DNA of 64,000 nucleotides from an uncultured Methanosarcinales archaeon (GTDB lineage Archaea; Nanobdellota; Nanobdellia; Woesearchaeales; GW2011-AR9): NCBI GenBank assembly GCA_964344755.1, contig CAYFOH010000002.1, positions 277 to 64,276 of the forward strand, read 5' to 3'. Shown piece by piece: positions 17,111 to 25,648 of this stretch (position 1 is its first letter; each line of letters starts with the position of its first letter). The notes under the pieces were generated by a model. It saw only the letters and a program-made list of their open reading frames with translations, ran no database searches and was not told where the DNA came from. The position numbers and the translations under genes were made by a program.

Positions 17111-18052
17111 ATGGCGCGTGAATTTAGCAACAAAGAGAAAGAATTCATAGAATTAATCTGTCGAGGTTATTCTAATTCGTTAGAATTTCTAAGCCAGTTA
17201 GAGTCTGGTGGTCTGGACTGGGACTTCTTAGTTAAAAGAAGACTGGAATCTGGTTGTCCTGCTCTTTATCTTATTACTACCTTCGCTGGATACAGCACAG
17301 TTGATTCTCAAAAAATGCTAACTGTTCTTAATTCTCTTGAAGAAGATGACACCTACAATGTTGACCCTGGATATGTCATTAAGGCAGCTGACCAGATTAT
17401 TTTATTAGGGGGAGATGAAGACTATTTTCATCGTGTTAATGATCTTGCTTTTGGTGAAAGATGTCTTAGAAATTATTGGGAACAGATAAAAAGTGGTAAT
17501 CTCCACCCTTATGTTTATGGACGAAATTTTACTTTCCATGATCAGTTTTTAGAGGCTCTTGTTAATCAAGGAATAACAACCAAAAGCCAAATAGACCAAG
17601 TAATAGAAAGAATGAATCAAGAAAGAGTAGGAGAATTACATCAAGATGCTTGTATTGAACACGAAAAATATCATACTCCCTTCGCTCAAGACAAAGAAAC
17701 TCTTAAAGATTTTGGCTTCCCGGTTTTTATAGGGAGGTCCGTATTCCCCGAAGGTCATGAAAATTATTGTGAGATTACCTCAACTGGACACACTGGTTTT
17801 GCTTCTCTTTCTACTGCTGTAAATATGTTATGGAATAATGTTTGTACACAAAGAAGGGTTTTACTTACAAAAGACCCCGGTCATCTTCCAAGTAAAGACC
17901 TTAGTGCACGTGATCTTAAAGCTTTTACAGAACAACAATTAGGGATGATTTGGCAATCTTTTGAAGAAAACCATTATGGTAAACTTGCTTTGTTAAGAGG
18001 TTATGAGCATCCTTTGTCTTATCAACCCGAAGAGATAGAACTTGTTAATTAA
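17111..18052 (+). CDS. hypothetical protein
   Basis: 313-aa ORF 8 nt after paralog B. Several His/Cys-containing blocks (HTPF, GHENYCEITSTGHTG) but no recognised family. Confidence 0.45.
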   Translation: MAREFSNKEKEFIELICRGYSNSLEFLSQLESGGLDWDFLVKRRLESGCPALYLITTFAGYSTVDSQKMLTVLNSLEEDDTYNVDPGYVIKAADQIILLGGDEDYFHRVNDLAFGERCLRNYWEQIKSGNLHPYVYGRNFTFHDQFLEALVNQGITTKSQIDQVIERMNQERVGELHQDACIEHEKYHTPFAQDKETLKDFGFPVFIGRSVFPEGHENYCEITSTGHTGFASLSTAVNMLWNNVCTQRRVLLTKDPGHLPSKDLSARDLKAFTEQQLGMIWQSFEENHYGKLALLRGYEHPLSYQPEEIELVN

Positions 18053-18125
18053 TCTTGTTTAGTTAGAAAAAAAGAGCAAAATTGACCAAATTATTTATAA
18101 ACAGGAGCAAGTGTGAACGCCTAAA

Positions 18126-18782
18126 ATGAACATGAAAAAAGTGTATGAAATAAGGCACGATAAAGAAACACCTTTGATAGGCGTAATTGGAGCTACTAAC
18201 CCTTCAGCAGATTACACTAAGATCCTTGGGCGTAAAGTAGGTTATGCCCTTAGAGAATTTATTGATGATAAACACGGAACTATCTTTACTGGTGGAGTTA
18301 AAGGCGTGGGCGTTGATGTTTATTCTGGAGTTGTACGGTTTTGTTACAAAAAAGAAGGTGACCCACAACATCGTTTCTTTGTTCTTGTTCCAGAAAAAGT
18401 AAATAAAAAATCTTATCATCCACCAACTAATTATGATGTTCTAGGTTGTCTTTCCCCTGAAGGTAAGCTAAATGTTGTTAGATCTGGTCAAAGCATGGTT
18501 GAAAGAAGATCTCATCTAGCTGCAACAGCCGACGCTCTGGTTGTGATAAATGGAGGAAATGGAACTTTAGAAGAAGCTATGCTTTCAGCTAATTATGAAA
18601 TTCCAATTATTGTAATGAATAATTCTGGAGGAGCTGCTAAAATTTTGTCTTCATACAAAGAGAATAGAAGAACGATAACTAGTGAAAACTCAAGAATTAA
18701 TCTAAGGTTAATCGATCCAGATAATATTCATCCTTGTGATAGTATTGAGATTCTTAAATCTACACTAGAAGATCTTCTTTAA
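18126..18782 (+). CDS. SLOG-superfamily Rossmann-fold protein (TIGR00725 / LOG-like family)
   Basis: IGVIGATNP, FTGGVKGVG and VINGGNGTLEE match the GGxxG and PGGxGTxEE signatures of the LOG/TIGR00725 nucleotide-binding family. Confidence 0.6.
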   Translation: MNMKKVYEIRHDKETPLIGVIGATNPSADYTKILGRKVGYALREFIDDKHGTIFTGGVKGVGVDVYSGVVRFCYKKEGDPQHRFFVLVPEKVNKKSYHPPTNYDVLGCLSPEGKLNVVRSGQSMVERRSHLAATADALVVINGGNGTLEEAMLSANYEIPIIVMNNSGGAAKILSSYKENRRTITSENSRINLRLIDPDNIHPCDSIEILKSTLEDLL

Positions 18783-18825
18783 AATTACCCAAACATATTT
18801 ATAACAAAAGCCACCTCAGAGTATT

Positions 18826-19890
18826 GTGAACACAAAATTTACTTTAATTGAAGATCAAACAACTTTAAAAAAAATTTATGAAAAACTAAGTGAATTTAAA
18901 GAAATAGGAATAGACCTAGAGTGTGAAAACAATTTACACCATTATGGTTCTTATATCTCCTTGATCCAAATCTCAGCTAATGGAGAGAACTATATTGTCG
19001 ACGTCTTAAAACTAAAAGAGATAAAACCCCTTATTCAAGTATTAGAGAACAAAAAAATTACAAAAATATTTCATGATATTAGCTTTGATCTAAGAATTCT
19101 TCACTACCAATTTAAATGCCGACCGTTAAATATTTTTGATACACAACTAGCTGCTTTATTTCTAGGAGAAGAAAACATTGGTTTAGGTTCACTTCTTGAA
19201 AAGTATTTTGATGTAAAAAAGGTAAGAAAGTTTCAGATGGCTGATTGGACAAAAAGACCTTTAACAACAGAAATGTTAACTTATGCCTTTAAAGATACAA
19301 TGTACCTTAGCTCATTAAAGAAGGCTTTAAGTGAAAAACTAAAGAAACTAGGTAGATTAACTTGGGTTAAAGAAGAATGTGAAATTATTGAAAGAGACAA
19401 ATTAACTTACAAAGAAACATCATATGAAGATCTTAAGGGTTTTAAACTGTTAAAAGACAAAGAAAAAGGGATAGTCAAAGAACTGTTCATTTTAAGAGAC
19501 ATCTTAGCAAAGGAAGTGGACAGACCTGTACACTTTGTTTTTAGCAACAAAAAACTTCTGGAGTTAGCTCAAAATCCACCTAAGGATTGGAGAAGAGTTA
19601 AAAGAGTACACCCTATTGTGAAAAGGAACTATCTTACGTTAAAAAAAATAGTTAATGAAAGTAGACCCCTAACAATAGAAAAAAAAGTGTACAAGAGATA
19701 TACACAGGAAGAAAAAGATAAATTGGATAGGCTGGATCAAACAAGAACAAAACTAGCTAACAAACTTAATCTAAGAAAACACTTAATTATGAGCAAGAAA
19801 CAAATGCAAGAGATAGTTTTAACCAAATCCCTTGAATCACTTCACAACTGGCAAAGAGATCTTCTTAGAACTGTACCAAACCAAAATTAA
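18826..19890 (+). CDS. rnd: RNase D-like DEDDy 3'-5' exonuclease
   Basis: Exo I IGIDLE, Exo II KIFHDISFDLRIL and Exo III YAFKDTMYL motifs, followed by an HRDC-like helical C-terminus. Confidence 0.7.
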   Translation: MNTKFTLIEDQTTLKKIYEKLSEFKEIGIDLECENNLHHYGSYISLIQISANGENYIVDVLKLKEIKPLIQVLENKKITKIFHDISFDLRILHYQFKCRPLNIFDTQLAALFLGEENIGLGSLLEKYFDVKKVRKFQMADWTKRPLTTEMLTYAFKDTMYLSSLKKALSEKLKKLGRLTWVKEECEIIERDKLTYKETSYEDLKGFKLLKDKEKGIVKELFILRDILAKEVDRPVHFVFSNKKLLELAQNPPKDWRRVKRVHPIVKRNYLTLKKIVNESRPLTIEKKVYKRYTQEEKDKLDRLDQTRTKLANKLNLRKHLIMSKKQMQEIVLTKSLESLHNWQRDLLRTVPNQN

Positions 19891-20376
19891 CAAACTAATT
19901 AAAACAAAGTCCAAACCGAGACAGAATAAACAATAAGTTCTTAATACTGAATGTTGGATGAAGAAAAGAAAACCACCATAAAGGACTCCGCCCAAAAGAG
20001 ACTTTTTCATCCAGGGCAAGATTCTTTCTGAAGATAAAAACAAAAAATTCTTACCTTTATAATAATTCCAAGCCATGCCTAACAAAGCGACCATAGTGAG
20101 CAGTCCAAAAAAAGCGTTAGCTGTAAGTAAATCTAACACTTTATTGTCTGGAAATTGTATCAAAGGCAAAGGTAAACCCCACTCAATGGTTAGGAGATAA
20201 GACAGTCCGTCTATGTTAGCATAAGGGCCCTTGTTTACTACACCACAATCGAAAGAAGCTCCAACATTACAAATAGTACTTGGCGTCTCGGCGAAATGTT
20301 CGTGTAGCAGAAACAAAGAAAGGGCTATACCTAACACAATAAAAAAAAAGAATAATTTAAACTGGTTTTTCTTCAT
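19837..20376 (-). CDS. vitamin K epoxide reductase (VKOR) family membrane thiol oxidoreductase
   Basis: Four TM helices. A loop Cys pair CNVGASFDC and an in-membrane CLFC (CxxC) active-site motif. The 3' end overlaps the convergent rnd gene by 54 nt. Confidence 0.6.
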   Translation of the reverse strand: MKKNQFKLFFFFIVLGIALSLFLLHEHFAETPSTICNVGASFDCGVVNKGPYANIDGLSYLLTIEWGLPLPLIQFPDNKVLDLLTANAFFGLLTMVALLGMAWNYYKGKNFLFLSSERILPWMKKSLLGGVLYGGFLFFIQHSVLRTYCLFCLGLDFVLISLLILVWYSSKKISLPVVK

Positions 20377-21056
20377 CGTAAAAAAATTTTTTCTCTGTCC
20401 TTATCTGTTAATGGACGATATTTGCCTTCTGGCAAATTGCCCAACCCTAACTTTCCAATTCTTACCCTTTTAAGACGTAAAACGTTAATTCCAAACTTTT
20501 TAAAGATTCTCCTAATGATTCTATTTTTCCCTTCGTGGATCGTAATTTCAATAATATTTTGATCCAAATATTTAATACGAGAAGGACTTGTTTTGCCATC
20601 TTGCAAAAAAATTCCTGACTCAATAGAAACCTTTTCCTGCTTGAGAAGTTTACGACTTAAATCTACCAAATAAGTTTTAGTTATTTCATATCTTGGATGG
20701 GCAATACTATTAGCAAAATCACCATCGTTTGTTAACAATAATAACCCAGAAGTGTTATAATCCAACCTTCCCACAGGGAACACTCTCTCTTTAATTCGAA
20801 TATAATCAAAAACCGTTTTATACTTAGAATCATTTAAGGCTGTTACACAACCTACTGGCTTGTTAAACATTAAATAAACCCTTCTTTCTTTTTGCAATAA
20901 CTTACCATCAACTTTAATTTTGTCAGTCAAGGAAGCCTTGTCTCCTATCGTTATTTTTTTGCCATTAACCTCCACCCTACCTTGTTTAATCAACTCTTCA
21001 GCTTTTCTTCTAGAACAGTAACCTTGGTTGCTTAATATTTTTTGGACCCTTTCCAT
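20373..21056 (-). CDS. rsuA: rRNA pseudouridine synthase, RsuA/RluB family (S4 domain + PseudoU_synth_2)
   Basis: N-terminal S4 RNA-binding domain, then the catalytic VGRLDYNTSGLLLLTNDGDFAN motif. Confidence 0.8.
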   Translation of the reverse strand: MERVQKILSNQGYCSRRKAEELIKQGRVEVNGKKITIGDKASLTDKIKVDGKLLQKERRVYLMFNKPVGCVTALNDSKYKTVFDYIRIKERVFPVGRLDYNTSGLLLLTNDGDFANSIAHPRYEITKTYLVDLSRKLLKQEKVSIESGIFLQDGKTSPSRIKYLDQNIIEITIHEGKNRIIRRIFKKFGINVLRLKRVRIGKLGLGNLPEGKYRPLTDKDREKIFLR

Positions 21057-21059
21057 CTT

Positions 21060-22691
21060 TTAACTTCCCATATAATCAAATAAAATTTTTTCAATTCTTC
21101 CATCTTCACCACAGATTATATCCTCTATGTTGCCTGACTTAGATAAGGCAAAAATTTTGGCATAAGGTATACAATCCTGTATTTTTGCAGCTAATCCGTC
21201 AGGTTCTTGTGCTGTACTACAACTATAAATGAAAATAGTTGAACTTAAAGACATCTTTTTACCAATTCTATTAAATATTTTATCATCATCACTAGTTATC
21301 TTCGCTTTTGGAGATAATTTTAGTTCATAGGGTTGACCATGACCCCCTAAACAGAAAAAATCCAAGCTACTATTCGGAACCAAATCTAATAAAAGATCTA
21401 ACTCCTTTAGAGTTGCAGCCTCCCCAATTAACAAATTATAATGGTTGTATAAGCGGTCTCTGATTAAAGAAATCTTGTGGCGGCTAAAAGCATTGTTCCA
21501 ATCGTGTTTGCTTAGAATCATTAACCCGTTTCTATAAATCCCACGACGTTCTGGAGGAGATAACATCTCTTCAAGAGGAGTTGTTTCACCATAAGGACCA
21601 AGATAACGATGAACATGAGTTATGCCAAATCTCCTCTCTACTTCATCTAACAATTTACTGTGCTCTCTAAGAAAATTTAAAGTTTCTTCACCTAAGTCTC
21701 TAACTAAATGTTGAAAACCCTCGCCATGTAAACGATAATAATTCTTGAAAGCAACCGCTTCCTTACTCATTAAACCAAGGGGCAACTTAGAAAAAAAGTT
21801 TGCAGTTATTGCATCATCTTTACCTGTTCTTCCTTTAAGCCAAATTAAATAATCTTGGTGTTCTTCTTCTAAATCAATCATGCTTTCACCAAAAGAACGA
21901 TGTAAGGCAACAACATTGCCTAAGCCATATTTGAGAATTAAAGAAACAGTTTCATCCCAATGGTTGTATTTCAAATTGTCCTCTAAATCATGTAAAAAAT
22001 CAGCCAACCGATTAGAATCATAAGCTAAAGCAACAACTCTAAGAAGATTTACTTGAGCACCAGTTAAGTCTCTAATTAAACCTAAGGGAACCTTATCCAA
22101 AAAATAACTGTTAATCAAGCCTTTCATATTCTTAAAAAAATTACTGTTTTCTCTCTCAACATTAAGAGCCTGTCCCCCATAAGACCTAAGTATATCGTAC
22201 CAGAAAGCGCCATAGTCTTCAACTTTTTTGTTTAGACCACCTTCTTTTAAAATTTCTAGAGTGGTGTATTCGATTATTCCTTGTGCTCTTATTTTTTCTA
22301 TATTTTTAAGTGATTCAAAAAAGTCGTGGTTATCTTTAACTAAAGAAAAAGATTCTTGGTCATATTGAAGCAAAATACTAACCGCTAAATCTGGAAAATC
22401 CTTAACAAGTTCCGCTGTTTCTTCTACAAAATCTTCTTCAAATTGATAATTTAAAACAGCATAAGCTAAAGCCACCTCATCCGACAATGTTTCAGCTAAA
22501 AAAACTAAACTTTCAGAATGTCTTTCCATATACTGTTGAGGTAATAAATCAAAAATAGCATCTATTTTTCCCTTAGGCAAAGTGCTTGCTATTCTGTTTA
22601 ACTCTGTACCATATTTAATCATAAAACTAGGGGAAAAATATTTCCTAGCATGATCTAGATACTCCCTTTCAATAGTTGTTTTCAGTGACAT
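21060..22691 (-). CDS. large alpha-helical protein with a C-terminal caspase-like (His-Cys dyad, CHAT/peptidase C14-like) domain
   Basis: The C-terminal roughly 150 aa contain a beta-strand plus His (DFFCLGGHG) and a beta-strand plus Cys (TIFIYSCSTAQ), in the His-before-Cys order typical of the caspase-hemoglobinase fold. The N-terminal roughly 390 aa is helical-repeat-like. Confidence 0.45.
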   Translation of the reverse strand: MSLKTTIEREYLDHARKYFSPSFMIKYGTELNRIASTLPKGKIDAIFDLLPQQYMERHSESLVFLAETLSDEVALAYAVLNYQFEEDFVEETAELVKDFPDLAVSILLQYDQESFSLVKDNHDFFESLKNIEKIRAQGIIEYTTLEILKEGGLNKKVEDYGAFWYDILRSYGGQALNVERENSNFFKNMKGLINSYFLDKVPLGLIRDLTGAQVNLLRVVALAYDSNRLADFLHDLEDNLKYNHWDETVSLILKYGLGNVVALHRSFGESMIDLEEEHQDYLIWLKGRTGKDDAITANFFSKLPLGLMSKEAVAFKNYYRLHGEGFQHLVRDLGEETLNFLREHSKLLDEVERRFGITHVHRYLGPYGETTPLEEMLSPPERRGIYRNGLMILSKHDWNNAFSRHKISLIRDRLYNHYNLLIGEAATLKELDLLLDLVPNSSLDFFCLGGHGQPYELKLSPKAKITSDDDKIFNRIGKKMSLSSTIFIYSCSTAQEPDGLAAKIQDCIPYAKIFALSKSGNIEDIICGEDGRIEKILFDYMGS

Positions 22692-22779
22692 TAACAGATA
22701 GATTCATCCCAAATTTATAAGATTATCTCTTAAAAGTAGTTAATCTCATTTATATAGTTCAAAATAATCACTTACATCT

Positions 22780-24372
22780 ATGTCTGTTGATTATACCAAC
22801 ATTTCTATTGAAGACATTGTTAACAGCCTTGATATATATGAGAAAAAGATTAATTACATCTCTGAAGGAAAACAAGAAAAATATAGGCCACATGTTCTAC
22901 CCCTAGAATTCAAAAAGGGACAAGCCCACACTTACTTTCAAAAAGAAGAGGAAGTTTTGGAAGTTGCTGTAGGTTTTAAATTTCAGAATAAATATTATCA
23001 TTTTACAGAAGAAAGGAAAGTTGAAGAAACAGAAAGAGAAGATGGTGTTTATTATTTGCCATTAAACAAAATAAAAACAAGAATTAATTTGGTTAAGAAC
23101 GAAAAAGGTGTTAACAAAGTAATAGACGGTTCTCCCTTTGATTTAATCAGTGTGGATAAAGAAAGTCCTTTTATTCTAGCAATATGGCAAAAGAAAAAAA
23201 GTCCTTACTTAAACTCCTTTTACCTAAATAGTGAAGACCAGTTAGAAGTTTATAATATGAACAACACAGCTAATGAACAAGATGTAAAGAAATTTTTTCA
23301 CCTACGATTTAAAAAAATGAATTTTGCTTATGAGAGAAAATTTACCCCATTAATTTTTAAAAGAAATCTTGTTAATAAAGAGGATATAAACCTCTACAAA
23401 CCAAAAGAGATTCATGCATATTTAAACAGGTTTATTGTTGGTCAAGAAGAAGCAAAAATAACTTTTTCTGTAGGTTTAAGCCAAATATGTAGGCGTAGAG
23501 ATACTGCAATACAAGAACTTCCTTTACAGAATATCCTACTTATTGGGCCCACTGCTTCAGGTAAGACAAAGATGATGGTAACTGGAGCGGAGTTGGCAGG
23601 TCTTCCGTATTCCAAAGTCGCAGTTAGTGCTGCATCTGGCGAGGGCTATATTGGAGCAAGTCTTTCAACTGGTTTTCTTCCTATTATTGAATCAACAGAA
23701 TCTAATGAACCATTTGGAATCCTCTGCTTGGATGAAATTGATAAATTAGTTGGTGAACATAATTTTGGAGAATCTAAAGAGCAAGCAATTATTGGTTGGA
23801 TGGGGGAGAACGGAACAGTGACGCTAGAAAAACATACTGATCCTTCTGGAAGAATTATTTCCACTAAAAATATTTTGTTTATAGGAACGGGTGCTTTTTA
23901 TAGTCGGGAAAGTAATTCCTCTTTATACGAAATAGTTGAAGAAAAGGTTAGGGGAGGAAAGACATTAGGGTTCAATACTTTTGCAGAAAAGGAGGAAGGA
24001 AGATTAAGAAAAGTAAGTGATGAAGACTTGATCAAATTTGGCTTAGCACCAGAATTGATTGGAAGATTTAAAAGAAAGGCTGTTTTAAAAGAACTTACAG
24101 AAGAAGAAAGAATCAGAATTCTCACTGAAACAGAAGATTCTCCACTCAAAGCTTATAGTCTTTCTTTAGAGTTAAGTGGTTATAAATTAATCATAAGAAA
24201 AGGAGTAGCAGAAAAATTGGTTCAATTAAGTTCTAAAGAGACAGGAACAAGGGCTTTAGAATCAATTTGTGCTGAAGTTTTCACACCAATTGAATATTCT
24301 CCTGAAGATTTTGCAACTGGAGACAAAATAGTTCTAACCGAAAAATTAATAGAAAAAATAATAAAAAATTAA
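22780..24372 (+). CDS. clpX: ClpX-family AAA+ unfoldase with a novel roughly 200-aa N-terminal domain (no zinc-binding domain)
   Basis: FIVGQEEAK, Walker A LLIGPTASGKT, pore-1 loop GYIG, Walker B ILCLDEIDKL, an LGF loop (KTLGFNT, at the IGF-loop position), and the sensor-2 ELIGRF...LTEEERIRIL. These are collinear with E. coli ClpX. Confidence 0.8.
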   Translation: MSVDYTNISIEDIVNSLDIYEKKINYISEGKQEKYRPHVLPLEFKKGQAHTYFQKEEEVLEVAVGFKFQNKYYHFTEERKVEETEREDGVYYLPLNKIKTRINLVKNEKGVNKVIDGSPFDLISVDKESPFILAIWQKKKSPYLNSFYLNSEDQLEVYNMNNTANEQDVKKFFHLRFKKMNFAYERKFTPLIFKRNLVNKEDINLYKPKEIHAYLNRFIVGQEEAKITFSVGLSQICRRRDTAIQELPLQNILLIGPTASGKTKMMVTGAELAGLPYSKVAVSAASGEGYIGASLSTGFLPIIESTESNEPFGILCLDEIDKLVGEHNFGESKEQAIIGWMGENGTVTLEKHTDPSGRIISTKNILFIGTGAFYSRESNSSLYEIVEEKVRGGKTLGFNTFAEKEEGRLRKVSDEDLIKFGLAPELIGRFKRKAVLKELTEEERIRILTETEDSPLKAYSLSLELSGYKLIIRKGVAEKLVQLSSKETGTRALESICAEVFTPIEYSPEDFATGDKIVLTEKLIEKIIKN

Positions 24373-24376
24373 TTAA

Positions 24377-24949
24377 CTACTTTTTACGTTTCCTACTAAC
24401 AGCAGCTTTCTTACCAGCAGCCCTACGAACAGCAGTTTTCTTTTTACGGGTTGCAGCAGCTTTTCTTCCAGCAGCTTTACGAACAACAGTTTTCTTTTTA
24501 CGAGTTGCAGCAGCTTTTTTACCAGCAGCTTTGCGAACAGCAGTTTTCTTTTTACGAGTTGCAGCAGCTTTTTTACCAGCAGCTTTACGAATAGCTGTTT
24601 TCCTTTTACGAGTTGCAGCAGCTTTTTTACCAGCAGCTTTACGAACAGCTGTTTTCCTTTTAGTAGTAACTTTTTTCTTTACTACTTTCTTGCGAGTTGC
24701 TTTCTTTTTACGGCTAACTTTTCTACCTCTAGCCATTTTAGCTCTAGCTACGTTCCCATCTTTATCTACAAAGTAAAGATAGCCTGATTCTTTTTTAACA
24801 CCTACTTTAGCTACAACTTTTGTTCTTGTTTTACCTTTTTTACGGCCAGCTCTACTCATTGGAGCCATTGCTACATTCCCATTTTTGTCAACGAAATATA
24901 GATAGCCTGATTCTTTTTTTATGTTCGGTTTTGCTACGACTTGTGCCAT
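24377..24949 (-). CDS. Lys/Ala/Arg-rich basic repeat protein (histone H1/HC2-like tail) with two N-terminal roughly 40-aa repeats
   Basis: Two copies of KKESGYLYFVDK(N/D)GNVA..., then five tandem 18-aa repeats ATRKKKTAVRKAAGKKAA. Confidence 0.6.
   Translation of the reverse strand: MAQVVAKPNIKKESGYLYFVDKNGNVAMAPMSRAGRKKGKTRTKVVAKVGVKKESGYLYFVDKDGNVARAKMARGRKVSRKKKATRKKVVKKKVTTKRKTAVRKAAGKKAAATRKRKTAIRKAAGKKAAATRKKKTAVRKAAGKKAAATRKKKTVVRKAAGRKAAATRKKKTAVRRAAGKKAAVSRKRKK
24399..24668. repeat. 54-bp tandem repeat (about 5 units) inside the basic-protein gene
   Basis: Units such as cagcagcttttttaccagcagctttacgaacagcagttttctttttacgagttg repeat head-to-tail with only a few substitutions. Confidence 0.8.
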
Positions 24950-25078
24950 AATTTCCTACCTCCTCTTTTTGTTTACTAAAAGTATTAACTTTTACTGTGG
25001 TAAACAAAGATTATAGGTATTTAAAGGTTTCTTTTTCACGACGAGAACATTTTTATAATAAGTTAATTATTCAGATCT

Positions 25079-25621
25079 ATGCCCGAACTATTTCATAGAA
25101 AACTTGAAGCTTGGCAAGATAAAAGAAGTAAGAAACTCTTCCCATTGGCTAACTTTTTGATGAAGTTAGGGTTTACTGCTAATTTAGCAACTTTGTTGTC
25201 CTTACTGACTGGCCTTACAGCCGTTTATTTTCTTTTCGAAAATCATTTGTTCTTTGTAGTTTTTGCTGCCTTACACCTATTACTAGACGCTATTGATGGA
25301 GTTATTGCTAGAAATACACATACAAGCAAGTTTGGAAAATATCTTGATCATTTCTCAGATAGAGTTGTTTTAATTTTAGCTATTGGAAAAACATTTTACT
25401 ATCTTAACGATTATTTTGTTCTAATTATCTTGGGACTGCATTTATTGGCCCAAACTATTTATGTCTATTCCAAATTTAGAGCACCAATCCTCTTCACTAG
25501 ATCTTTAAGTTTAGTTTTACTAGCACTTAATTTAATCACTTTAACCTATCTAGCTGTGGGAGTGGCAGCTATTTATAGTTTAGCTTTACAACTCCGTTTT
25601 TTTTGGGAGAGAAGACATTAA
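25079..25621 (+). CDS. CDP-alcohol phosphatidyltransferase family protein
   Basis: DAIDGVIARNTHTSKFGKYLDHFSDR matches D-G-x2-A-R-x8-G-x3-D-x3-D. Predicted multi-TM. Confidence 0.8.
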   Translation: MPELFHRKLEAWQDKRSKKLFPLANFLMKLGFTANLATLLSLLTGLTAVYFLFENHLFFVVFAALHLLLDAIDGVIARNTHTSKFGKYLDHFSDRVVLILAIGKTFYYLNDYFVLIILGLHLLAQTIYVYSKFRAPILFTRSLSLVLLALNLITLTYLAVGVAAIYSLALQLRFFWERRH

Positions 25622-25648
25622 ATTTACAAAGTACTAATTTTAGCTGTT

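Noticed and set aside
24399-24668. A regular 54-bp repeat array was checked as a possible CRISPR array
   Set aside because: The units are contiguous with no unique spacers. They lie in frame inside a coding sequence, producing an 18-aa protein repeat, and there are no cas genes.
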